Positions 28,540-38,300 of a DNA stretch of 64,000 nt are shown here, one piece after another; the first letter of the stretch is position 1, and each line of letters starts with the position of its first letter. This DNA is from an uncultured Fibrobacterota bacterium (GTDB taxonomy: Bacteria > Fibrobacterota > Chitinivibrionia > Chitinivibrionales > FEN-1185). Location: positions 1-64,000 of the forward strand of contig CAVSQB010000010.1 of the NCBI GenBank assembly GCA_963729895.1. The letters are read 5' to 3'. The notes under the pieces are model-generated. The model was given only the letters and a program-made list of their open reading frames with translations. It searched no databases and was not told the DNA's origin. The position numbers were made by a program, and so were the translations under genes.

Positions 28540-28567
28540 GTTGACAGTTTAAAGTTGACAGTTGACA
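28540..28567 (+). repeat. Four tandem heptamers (GTTGACA-type)
   Basis: GTTGACA GTTTAAA GTTGACA GTTGACA in the helicase-HAD spacer. Confidence 0.7.
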
Positions 28568-28594
28568 GCAATACGACAATGGAACGAAGTAATC

Positions 28595-29278
28595 ATGACG
28601 CCCATAGTGCTCTTCGACATAGACAAAACCCTTGTCGCCCGCTCGTCTGCGCATCTCAAGGCGTTTTTTGCCGCCCTGAGCGAGGTGTACGGTGTTCAAT
28701 CGGAATTGAAGGTGATCACCCACCACGGCATGACCGACCAGCAGATCACCCGTGAAGTCCTCAAAGTAAAAGGCGTGTCCGAGTCCGTAATCAACGCCGG
28801 TCTTTCGCAGTGCATGGCCGTAATGGTCGCCAGGTTTGCCGAGTTCAACCCCTCAGATGTTGTTGAGCTTCTTCCCGGCGTGAAGGAATTACTCGATGCG
28901 TTTGCAAACCGCGGCTCGTACATCGGCCTTGTGACGGGAAACCTGGAACCAATTGCCTGGGGAAAGCTTTCCAAGGCAGGCATTGCCCGCTACTTCGCCT
29001 TCGGCGGGTTCGGTTCAGACCACAGCGACCGCAGGGAAATGGCGGCGCTTGCAATCAGGCGCTGCGGCGCACTCTATCCCGGTTCGGTCGGGAGCCCGGT
29101 TGCGCTGTTCGGCGATACGCCCTACGACATTGCGGCGGCCCGCTCCGTTGGCGCGCTTGCCGTCGGCGTAGCGACCGGATTCCCTTCCCGTCAACAGCTG
29201 TGCGATGCGGGCGCGGACATCGTCTTCGACAATCTTGCGGACACGCAGGCGGTGCTCAAAGCGGTGTTGGTCCGGTGA
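28595..29278 (+). CDS. HAD-family hydrolase (phosphoglycolate phosphatase-like)
   Basis: LFDIDKTL, LVTGN, GGFGSD and GDTPYD motifs. Confidence 0.9.
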   Translation: MTPIVLFDIDKTLVARSSAHLKAFFAALSEVYGVQSELKVITHHGMTDQQITREVLKVKGVSESVINAGLSQCMAVMVARFAEFNPSDVVELLPGVKELLDAFANRGSYIGLVTGNLEPIAWGKLSKAGIARYFAFGGFGSDHSDRREMAALAIRRCGALYPGSVGSPVALFGDTPYDIAAARSVGALAVGVATGFPSRQQLCDAGADIVFDNLADTQAVLKAVLVR

Positions 29279-29288
29279 AAGTACCGTA

Positions 29289-29636
29289 ATGGATTCCTCG
29301 CTCGTTTACTCCACAACACTCGGCCGGATGTGCCCGTCGTGCGAACAGCCGGTTGCCCAATGCGTATGCACGAAGCAAAGCCGGCTTCAAAGGGGCCTCG
29401 GCACGGTGCGGGTCTCACGCGAAACAAAAGGCCGCAAAGGCAAATGCGTCACGCTCGTCACCGGGCTTCCCGCGGATCTCAAGACGCTGCTCGACCTGGC
29501 CGGACTGTTCAAGCGGAAATGCGGATCAGGCGGTACGGTGCGGGACGGCGTCGTGGAAATTCAGGGCGACCACAGGGACCTTCTGGTTCGCGACCTTATC
29601 GCCCGGGGATACAATGCGAAAAAGGCGGGCGGGTGA
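29289..29636 (+). CDS. yciH: SUI1/YciH translation initiation factor
   Basis: LVYST, RETKGRKGK.VT, KCGSGGTV, IQGDHR. Confidence 0.93.
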   Translation: MDSSLVYSTTLGRMCPSCEQPVAQCVCTKQSRLQRGLGTVRVSRETKGRKGKCVTLVTGLPADLKTLLDLAGLFKRKCGSGGTVRDGVVEIQGDHRDLLVRDLIARGYNAKKAGG

Positions 29637-31814
29637 TCACGCGTTCCACTTCTCGATCTTCTCTATTGTGTACTCTTTGTCGTTGAACCGCACCGCATTC
29701 CCCGGCCGGTTTCCGAGCATGCCATTGCCCGCAGCCGACGTATAGGAAAGGACATTCTTTGCAGGGTCCGAATCCCACGGCCCCAGAACTGCGACCACTG
29801 TTTCGCCGCCTGAAGCGTCGCGCAGGTGGACGCGCGTTCCTATAGTGACCTTGGACGTGTCGACGGTCTGCGGATCGATGGCACGGGTGGCGGCAAGCTC
29901 GTCGTGAAGCGCTTTCGCGCGCGACGAAAGCATTTCCTGGCGCGCACGCGCGGCGTGGTATTCAAAATTCTCCCGAAGGTCGCCGAATTCGCGCGTGCGC
30001 TTGATCTCCAGGCTGTTGTGCGGAATGTCAATGCGCACGAGGGTCTCGAATTCCTTCTTTTTCGCCTCGAGCGCGTCGCTCGTGACGTACACCAGGGTTT
30101 CCTTTTTCACCTGGAGCTCCGGATGCGCTTGATAGATCTCCTGGCGCACACGGTCTTTCCGGTAATCTTCCAGCCCGGTTTCATGGTTGAGCGCGTCAAG
30201 CGCCCGGGCCGCCTCGTCGGACGAGAGGGTGGTTGCGGCCCAGTCGGCGGCCTCCCCGAGATCGAAGAGTTTGCGGAGCGACGCGTGATAGCCTTTGAAT
30301 GCCTTGTTGTCGAGAATGCGCAGCAGCGAGAATAGAAATTCCGCATTGGCGCGCGCCTTGAGCTCGGGCCGCCCGGGCATTTCCCGGCAGAGCCACACGT
30401 AGAAATGCGGCGCTGCGGAAGGTTCGGCAAGGGTGGCCGAAACCGTTTCCTCCAGAATCTTGGCGTGCCCTTTGGCGAACAGCGTTTCGTACAGATACGC
30501 AATTGCCTGGGAATCGGACTCCGCCTTGAGCAGCGATACAAAGACGGCGGGCCAGTCGGTCCGGACTTCGGCAACGAGCCCCATTGCCTTTTTCCGTAAG
30601 AGCCTGTCCTTTACTCCTGAGATTATTGCCGCGCCGTCCGGGCGGCCTGCGAGCTCGGGCGGAGCAAAGGAAACGGCCGAAGTTCCCGCCTTGGGAAGCG
30701 ATTCCAGCTCGAGTGCAAGTTCCAGCGCAAGGGAAGGATCCACATCCAAAGCCGCGTTTGCATCCCGTACGATGCCGTCCCGCATTGTCGCGGCAAGCTC
30801 GGCGGACCGCGCCGCATGCTTCCGCATCATCTCGGGTTTTTCAAGAGGCGCTGCCCGCTCAAACTGCGCGGCAATCGCCGAAGCGGCATCGGCGGCCGTT
30901 TCACTCCATGTTACCTCCGCCTTTGCTCCCGCGCCGACGGTGAGCCTGGGATCCTTTCGCGCGGTGGTCCACCAGGCCGCCCACGAAGCCTCGGGCACGA
31001 TGCCGGAGAGCATGTCGCGCAGTTCGGCAATGGAAAGCGCTCTCTTGACACTGGCGAACAGGAGCGCAAGAAGTTCCCCGGGAGCCGTATGTGCCGCCGT
31101 TTGCAGCTCGCCGGGGGCGCACAGTTTCCTTGCAAGGAAATGACTTCCCGGCAGGGACTGGCAAAGCCGCTGCGCCTCGTCTATTTTGAACGACAACTGC
31201 TGGCCGCTTTCAAACGACACTCGAACAACCCCGAGGGAAAGATTCACCTCGGTTACCCGCCCGGCTCCCTTTGTAGGCATATACACGCAGCGGCCTTCAT
31301 CGTAGCGCAACCACGCTTCAAGGAGGCGCAGCGTTTCGAGGCCGGGACTTCCAAGAACGTTGAGATGCGCCACAAAACGGTCGAAGCCGGGGCTGTCGTA
31401 ATACATCTTCTTCAGGTGGAACAACAGGCCGTCGCGCGCAAGCGGGCAGTTGGGCCAGAACCCGAGGACCGTGGAATGCAGCAGAACCTCGCTTGCTGCA
31501 TCTCCCCTTTCCCTGAGACAATCTGCGTGGAGCTGAAGCAAGACCTCGGCCCGGCCGGTTTCCTTCTTTTTGACAAAAGAGCGATAGGCCGGAATGAAGA
31601 ACGCGATGTCGGGAGCCGAGGCGTCAAACCGCTCCATGCACACGCCTTCGATCCCTTCAAAGTCTCCTTCGTCGATAAGGGGCTGGTAGTCGGGAACGGT
31701 TTTCGGGATCGGCGGCAGCGCGCCGATAAGGCCTTTTTCCCAGGGATAGTCGGAGTCCATGTCCGGTGTGCTCCATGGCGCGGCGCTGTGCGCACGCGCG
31801 GGGTTGTGGTGCAC
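29637..31814 (-). CDS. greA: GreA-family elongation factor with long N-terminal extension (start may be 31760)
   Basis: C-terminal GDLRENFEYHAAR, V.IGT.V and LGPWDSDP..NVLSY GreA domain; about 560 extra N-terminal residues. Confidence 0.8.
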   Translation of the reverse strand: MHHNPARAHSAAPWSTPDMDSDYPWEKGLIGALPPIPKTVPDYQPLIDEGDFEGIEGVCMERFDASAPDIAFFIPAYRSFVKKKETGRAEVLLQLHADCLRERGDAASEVLLHSTVLGFWPNCPLARDGLLFHLKKMYYDSPGFDRFVAHLNVLGSPGLETLRLLEAWLRYDEGRCVYMPTKGAGRVTEVNLSLGVVRVSFESGQQLSFKIDEAQRLCQSLPGSHFLARKLCAPGELQTAAHTAPGELLALLFASVKRALSIAELRDMLSGIVPEASWAAWWTTARKDPRLTVGAGAKAEVTWSETAADAASAIAAQFERAAPLEKPEMMRKHAARSAELAATMRDGIVRDANAALDVDPSLALELALELESLPKAGTSAVSFAPPELAGRPDGAAIISGVKDRLLRKKAMGLVAEVRTDWPAVFVSLLKAESDSQAIAYLYETLFAKGHAKILEETVSATLAEPSAAPHFYVWLCREMPGRPELKARANAEFLFSLLRILDNKAFKGYHASLRKLFDLGEAADWAATTLSSDEAARALDALNHETGLEDYRKDRVRQEIYQAHPELQVKKETLVYVTSDALEAKKKEFETLVRIDIPHNSLEIKRTREFGDLRENFEYHAARARQEMLSSRAKALHDELAATRAIDPQTVDTSKVTIGTRVHLRDASGGETVVAVLGPWDSDPAKNVLSYTSAAGNGMLGNRPGNAVRFNDKEYTIEKIEKWNA

Positions 31815-31957
31815 AAAAATACTTCTCGGCGACCCGGAGTCCGATGTGAAAAGGTAAAGCCGGACGCGGCGCGCCGCGGAAAAAGTGCTTGAAGTGGAAG
31901 CCCCAAGTTCGTATTTTGTGTTGTTGTGCGATGCCGCTCACCATGTGGGGACTACTC

Positions 31958-32689
31958 ATGACGAACCTGTTTCTTGTTCGGTATCCGGAGCAGCCCATTC
32001 CAATTCCTCAGAAGGGGAAATTGTCCATAGGACGCGCCGACACCAACGCGATGATTCTCACCGAGCCGCGGGTGAGCAGGTTCCACGCCCAGATCGAGTT
32101 TCTGGAGCCGTCGAAAGCGTACGCGGTATCGGACCTCGGCAGTTCGAACGGCACCTTCCTGAACGGTCATAAGCTGCGCGCACTCGATTTGCGGCCTCTT
32201 GCCAACTGGGACAAGATCCGCATTGCTTCGTCGGTGCTCACCGCCCGCTTCGTTGACGATCCGGCGATTATCAAGAAAGAATTCAAGGATCTCAGCTCGC
32301 GGGTGCACCTCGAAGCCACGGAAATCATCGATGTCGCAACCATCAGGTCTGCGGCAAATCAAGCCGCGTTCAGCGGCGACTTGGAGCATCTGTGCTCCGT
32401 GGAGCTGTTTCAAATGCTGGAATACGGGAGGAAAACCGGCGTCCTCACGCTGAAAACCGACATCGGAAACGGCACATTTTCTTTTGACTGCGGCCAGGTG
32501 ATCAGCGGGGCCTTTGCCCATGCGCTGGACGAGCAGGCCGTGTTCGACGCCCTCACCTGCAGCCGCGGCACATTTTCCTTCACCTCGCTCGACGAAGTAA
32601 CGGAGAAACCCAGGATCTCATCCACAACCACGGCCCTTCTCATGGAAGGCTGCCGGCTGCTCGACGAGGCGAATTCGGTTGCAAAATAG
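31958..32689 (+). CDS. FHA domain + DUF4388 (PatA-N-like) protein
   Basis: FHA motifs IGR, VSRFHA, DLGSSNGTFLNG; C-terminal FSGDL...ELFQML...KTG.L...LLMEG.R.LDE. Confidence 0.85.
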   Translation: MTNLFLVRYPEQPIPIPQKGKLSIGRADTNAMILTEPRVSRFHAQIEFLEPSKAYAVSDLGSSNGTFLNGHKLRALDLRPLANWDKIRIASSVLTARFVDDPAIIKKEFKDLSSRVHLEATEIIDVATIRSAANQAAFSGDLEHLCSVELFQMLEYGRKTGVLTLKTDIGNGTFSFDCGQVISGAFAHALDEQAVFDALTCSRGTFSFTSLDEVTEKPRISSTTTALLMEGCRLLDEANSVAK

Positions 32690-32750
32690 GACGGCGGTCC
32701 GGCCCGTTCCCTTCCATCGATCCCCGGTAGTTTTATTCAAGGAGTCGTGA

Positions 32751-33329
32751 GTGAAAGCAATCGGCATCAACGGCAGTCCTCGCAAAACCGGCAATACGTC
32801 CATTCTGCTGCGGCATGTACTCGGCGAACTGGAAAAACAAGGAGTCGAAACCGGGCTCATCCAGCTTGGCGGGCAAAGGATCCACGGCTGCATCGCCTGT
32901 TACAAATGTTTTAAGGCAAAAAACAAGCGATGCGCCGCAACGGACGACACGGTAAACGAATGCATAGCCAAAATGGACGAAGCCGACGCGGTCATTATCG
33001 GATCGCCAACCTACTTTGCAGATTGCACTGCTGCAACCAAGGCCCTCATAGAACGAGCGGGATTCGTGGCGCGCGCAAATGGAGACTTGTTCAAGCGCAA
33101 AATCGGCGCCGCGGTCGTGGCGGTGAGGCGCGCGGGCGCGATCCACACATTCGATTCCATCAATCATCTCTTTACAATCGGGCAAATGATTATTGTCGGG
33201 TCTTCCTACTGGAATATCGGCACGGGACGGGAAAAGGGAGAGGTTGAGAAAGACGAAGAAGGCATCGCTACAATGGTCACGCTGGGCAGGAACATTGCCT
33301 GGGCGCTCAAGAAATTACGCCGGCGGTAG
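32751..33329 (+). CDS. Iron-sulfur flavoprotein / NADPH-dependent FMN reductase family
   Basis: GSPRKTGNT, CIACYKC..C, GSPTYF; AAGGAG RBS. Confidence 0.92.
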   Translation: MKAIGINGSPRKTGNTSILLRHVLGELEKQGVETGLIQLGGQRIHGCIACYKCFKAKNKRCAATDDTVNECIAKMDEADAVIIGSPTYFADCTAATKALIERAGFVARANGDLFKRKIGAAVVAVRRAGAIHTFDSINHLFTIGQMIIVGSSYWNIGTGREKGEVEKDEEGIATMVTLGRNIAWALKKLRRR

Positions 33330-33375
33330 AGAATCATTCTAGAACGCGTGCTTTCCATTCTGCAAGGGAATCACG

Positions 33376-34014
33376 ATGGTTCCGTTCGCCCATCTTCTTG
33401 CTCAGCAGTTCAGAAAGCCCTCGGGCCTGCTTGGCCGGTATGCCCTCAACTTCATGCTTCGCAACAACCGTACAAAAATCGAGTGGGCAGTGCACCTGTG
33501 CGACATTCAAGAGAACGATGTCGTCCTGGAAATCGGATTCGGCCCCGGCATCGGCATTGCAACGGCGGCGGCGCTTGCCACAAAGGGAAAGGTGTACGGC
33601 CTCGATTTCTCCCGGGCAATGGTTCGGCGCGCTGCACGGCACAATAGAGCACTTGTAAAAACCGGCAGAGTTATTCTCCTGTTCGGCGACGCAGGCGACG
33701 CCCCGTTTGCCGACAATTTCTTTGACCGGCTGTTTGCCGTCAACGTAGTCTACTTTTGGCCGGATCCCCGGTGTGAGCTTTCCGAAGTGCTAAGGATCCT
33801 CAAGCCGGGGGGAAGGGCGGTCTTCTATGTGACCGACAGACTATCTATGGACGCAACGCCGTACACAAACACCGGCGTTTTTCACAAATACACGGCGCAG
33901 GAATTCCTGCCGGTCCTACAGGGTACAGCGTTTTCGAGTGTGCGCTACGAATCCACTACGCAAACAAGAAACGGGAAACCGGTTCTCGGACATTGTTTTA
34001 TTGCTGTAAAGTAA
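33376..34014 (+). CDS. Class I SAM-dependent methyltransferase
   Basis: QFRKPSG, VLEIGFGPG, VYFW, RILKPGG. Confidence 0.9.
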   Translation: MVPFAHLLAQQFRKPSGLLGRYALNFMLRNNRTKIEWAVHLCDIQENDVVLEIGFGPGIGIATAAALATKGKVYGLDFSRAMVRRAARHNRALVKTGRVILLFGDAGDAPFADNFFDRLFAVNVVYFWPDPRCELSEVLRILKPGGRAVFYVTDRLSMDATPYTNTGVFHKYTAQEFLPVLQGTAFSSVRYESTTQTRNGKPVLGHCFIAVK

Positions 34015-34054
34015 TGAGTAGGCGCGCAGGCCCTCTTTGCCCACCCGCTGTTTG

Positions 34055-35158
34055 TCATTTGCGAAAATTCGATTCGAATTCGCCATACCCCTCTTTCTTC
34101 AGGTCCTCGCGGGGTATAAAGCGCATGCTTGCAGAATTCATGCAGTACCGCAAGTGAGTGGGCGCCGGTCCGTCGTTGAACACATGGCCCAGATGCGAGT
34201 CGCCGTAACGGCTTCGCACCTCGGTCCTTTCCATGCCGAAACTCACATCGGTCTTTTCCGCGATATTCCCCGCCACCAGAGGCCTGGTGAAACTGGGCCA
34301 GCCCGTGCCTGATTCAAATTTGTCAACAGAACCGAATAAAGGCTCTCCCGACGCCACATCCACATAAATTCCCTCCCGGTGATTGTTCCAGTACTCGTTG
34401 TTGAAAGCGGGCTCCGTGGCGCTTTCTTCCGCAACGGAAAACTGGAGAGGAGTAAGGAATTTCTTGAGGATCTCCGCCGACGGCTTGCTGAACTCCTTGA
34501 TCTCAACGGACTCCGCGCTCCACGTCTTGCCTTTCCAGGATCTCTCTACAAAAGCATCGCGGCCCGATCCCTGTCGGTACTGATGGTAACCGGCAGAGTT
34601 CTTTACAAAGTAATCCTGATGATAATCTTCAGCAGGGTAAAAGGTGGATGCCGGTTCGATCATCGTGACGATCGGCTTGTCGAAGACATGGGCCTTTGCG
34701 AGGTCAGCGGCCGTTGCTTCCGCCAGGTTCTTCTGTTCCAGCGTCGAATAGAAAATGGCCGACCGGTATTGGTTGCCCCTGTCTACAAATTGACCGGCGC
34801 CGTCAGTAGGATCGATATTCTTCCAGAAGACATCGAGCAGCTTGAGATAACCGACGCGCCGAGGATCGAAGAATACCTCAATCGATTCCACATGACCCGT
34901 CCCGCCCGCAGACACCTCCTCGTAGGTCGGGTTGAGCTTTGTGCCGCCCGTGTATCCGACAATAACGTTCGTCACTCCGTCGAGTTTTCTGAACGGCGGT
35001 TCCATGCACCAGAAACACCCACCGCTGAAAATCGCCACTGCGTGGTTCTGGTCGGCACCGACGACATCTCCCGCCGCCCGCGCGGCTGTTTTACGGCTAA
35101 AGCCGGTTAAGACTACCATGATAACCGCTCCCGCTAGAATGAGTGCAATAACCCGCAT
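34055..35158 (-). CDS. msrAB: Exported bifunctional methionine sulfoxide reductase MsrA/MsrB
   Basis: N-terminal hydrophobic segment; [42 protein letters not shown] before ATG 35158. Confidence 0.93.
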   Translation of the reverse strand: MRVIALILAGAVIMVVLTGFSRKTAARAAGDVVGADQNHAVAIFSGGCFWCMEPPFRKLDGVTNVIVGYTGGTKLNPTYEEVSAGGTGHVESIEVFFDPRRVGYLKLLDVFWKNIDPTDGAGQFVDRGNQYRSAIFYSTLEQKNLAEATAADLAKAHVFDKPIVTMIEPASTFYPAEDYHQDYFVKNSAGYHQYRQGSGRDAFVERSWKGKTWSAESVEIKEFSKPSAEILKKFLTPLQFSVAEESATEPAFNNEYWNNHREGIYVDVASGEPLFGSVDKFESGTGWPSFTRPLVAGNIAEKTDVSFGMERTEVRSRYGDSHLGHVFNDGPAPTHLRYCMNSASMRFIPREDLKKEGYGEFESNFRK

Positions 35159-35348
35159 ACATCGTCTCCTCTGTTTTCCTACAAGGAATACGGGGCGACG
35201 GCCGGAGAAATTACCTTCGCAGATTCCGCGGCTGTGTAGTCGTTCTTGAGAAGGGTGATGGCAAAAAAAGGCAGGAACGGTCAACAGTTGATTTACGCTG
35301 ATAAAGTGACCGCACGCCACAGGCTGCGCGAGCGGTCACTATCTTCAC

Positions 35349-38300
35349 TTACGGCAGGTACGTCATTCTTTTTTCAAAGATGCCGCTCGTCTTCTTGTTT
35401 TCGTCGAACGCTTCCATGCGCACCACATACATCCCGGCGGCAACGCGGCGCTTGTCCAGCGACCTGCCGTCCCACGTGATCTCCCGAATGCCCTGGAAAC
35501 CTTCTTCATTTGTGGTTATCTGCCACACGATCCTGCCGCGCATGTCGTATATGCAGAACCGTGCGCTGCTCACCCCGCCGCCTGCAATGTTGTACCTGAT
35601 CCGGACCATCCTTCCGAACGGGTTCGGCGACGTGCCGACAAGCTGCAGGGTCCCGGTCTTCATGATAATCGCCATCTTGGCGAGATACGTCTGGCTACCC
35701 ACCACCAGCAGCCGGTATGCCCTGCCGCCCGCCGCAACCGTGACCGCCGCGTCCTTGGCGGAAAAGTCGTCGTACATCCCCGTCTCCTCGTTCAGCGCCT
35801 TTGCAAGAAAACCCTGCGGAAGCGCTGTCAGCGTTTCCACGTGATACGATATCCGGCTCTGCTCCTGCCCGTCGTTGACAAAAGCAAGCAGATACGTGCA
35901 CCCGCCGCCCGCCGTCGTGTGCGAAAGCGCATCTCCGTACAGCTTCTTCCCCGTGTTGTCGTACACGCACACATGCTCCTGTGAAAACGAAGGAGGCACC
36001 GGAAAGTAGCTCACTACCGCGCTCTTTGCCTGCGTGTAGCCGCACAGCACGGACGTCAGCGGCGAGCCGTCGGAAAGGTGCGGAACCACCGACAGCGCCC
36101 AGCCCGTGGCTCCGCTTGTCTTTGCCATGCGCTTCTTTGCAACATAGCCCGACAAAACTTTCGGAATCGGAGCAACTTTGAGCGTCACCGGAACGGTCAG
36201 GGGATTATACACCGTGTACGCGCCTGCAAGGTCTTGCGAACTGATCACCGTTCCCTTGTCGCCAAGCGAAGCCAGCGCACCAGCCATGTCCTCGATGAAA
36301 AGATCGTTCAATTTCAATTGGCTGCTGCCCGAGTCTTTCACCCACGAATGGAACTGCAACGAATCTCCCACGGCCATGGTCCCGATTGAATCGGTTGAAT
36401 CGATGATGTCGCCTATCCTGATGTCGAACTTGAACGGCAGCGCAAAATCGGTAAATTCGCCCGGCGCAAGCGAAATCGGATATGCATTCTTCAGACTTGG
36501 CGTGATGCCATTGCCAAAATTAACTGAAATGCTCTGCCGCGACTTTGCCCATACCACGATCCCCGGGACCATGGAGAAAATACCGGTCGTCTGGCCCGAA
36601 TACTCAACCCACTTGTCCGACTGCCACCTGAACAACCGCAGTTGCGTGTTATCGTAGGTCCATGCCGGGTTGGCCGTGCTCGCTTCGAGAATGTTCTTCA
36701 TGGTGTCGTTGGCAAGGCCAGCGGTCACCCGCAGCGGGACCCACGTTTGCACTCCGGTCGGGACGACATCAGAGTTGTCACGCATCACCTGCCGCGACAC
36801 GTTCAGCGTGTCGTTGTGGACGCCGTCGCTGGCCACCACCAGGCCGCGATACCCCGTATACTTGGAAACATACGGGCCCAAAATGGTGTCGACAAAGACA
36901 GCGCTCGTTGACGAAAGCATGTTGCTGTCCAACCCCGCCTCGCTGTTGTCGCCGCTGGCGTAATAATATTTCACTATCACGTTGGCGCAATTGTCGCTTA
37001 TGTGAAGTTCATCGTACAGGTTCGCAAATGCCCCAACCGTATCCGAATGCAATCCTAGCGTCACGGTCACCGACATGGTGTCGATGAGCGCCATGAACCG
37101 GTCCTGCGGACCCATAAAATCCTTGTTGGCCATGATCGTCCACGCATAGCCGGTGCTGTCGGCCATCGACGTCCTGTCCACATACCAGAGGCCATTGCTC
37201 CCTTGTTGATAAATCCGCACATTGGCCAGCCCGTACGTGGCGGCAGCCGGGAAAAGCTTGAATTCTATCTTGAACGGCGCAGACTGGTCCAGATGGGAAA
37301 AGTAGAACGGCACGCTTACCGGCACAAACCCGTAGAGATTTGCCGGGCCGATTGAGTCATACCGTATCGTGTCGGGCGTGTTGGTCACATCGCCAGGGGT
37401 CAGCGCATTGGCAATGATCACGATATTCCCGTTGAACAGCGCATGCGTGTCGCCAGGCACCGTGGTGAAAAGCGTGGCCGGTTGCCAGTTGTAAAACGGA
37501 CTCGCAACAACCGCCTCGGAACCGGAGGTCGGATCGGCCGGCGTTCCGTTGAGCCTGCTTTCCCACAGAGCAACGTAATACTGAGCACTATACACCAGGG
37601 GCTGCAGCTTGATTGTCGTGCTGTCCGACCCGGACTTCACCGGTATGAGCTGATGGATACTCGTGTCCGCCGTCGGATACCCGCTCAGCGAATACGAAAT
37701 GCCGATCTCCAGGGTGTCGGGAAGATTGTTGTTCACCGTCCAGCTTACATGGATCTCGTTGGTGGCGGTATCGAACGTAAGGCTCGTTATCTTCACGGAA
37801 TTGGTATCAAGCTTCCCGCCCGGTTGAAAGGTCGTTGCATTGGCGCTCGAGGAGTCCGTCACGTACGACCACTGCCCGCCCTCAAATACCTGCGCGCCGA
37901 AATAGTAATGCGTTTGCGACAGCAGGCCCGTTACCACAAGCTGCGTGTTTGACACCAGGGGCACGTCTATCGAATTGTAGGGCGGGGACGCAAAGGTGGC
38001 GGTATTCACCGTGACGGCGGCGCCGGCCTGGTACCAGATGCGGATGTTGCTGACCCCTCCAACCGGGTTCCACGTCAGCAGGATACTGCTCGCGCTCTGG
38101 GCCACCGCGGTCAAAATAATCGGATTCGAGGGCCGGTTCGCTCCGGCATAATACTGCGCGCGAACAAGCGAACTCTCTTTCTTGTCTTTTCCCTTCACAA
38201 TAACATAACAGTTCAACAGCTTCTGCACCCCTGTATTGAACTGCGGATTTTGCACGACAACGCTGTCCCGGCCGCTGGCATAGACGGACCCAAGCTTGAA

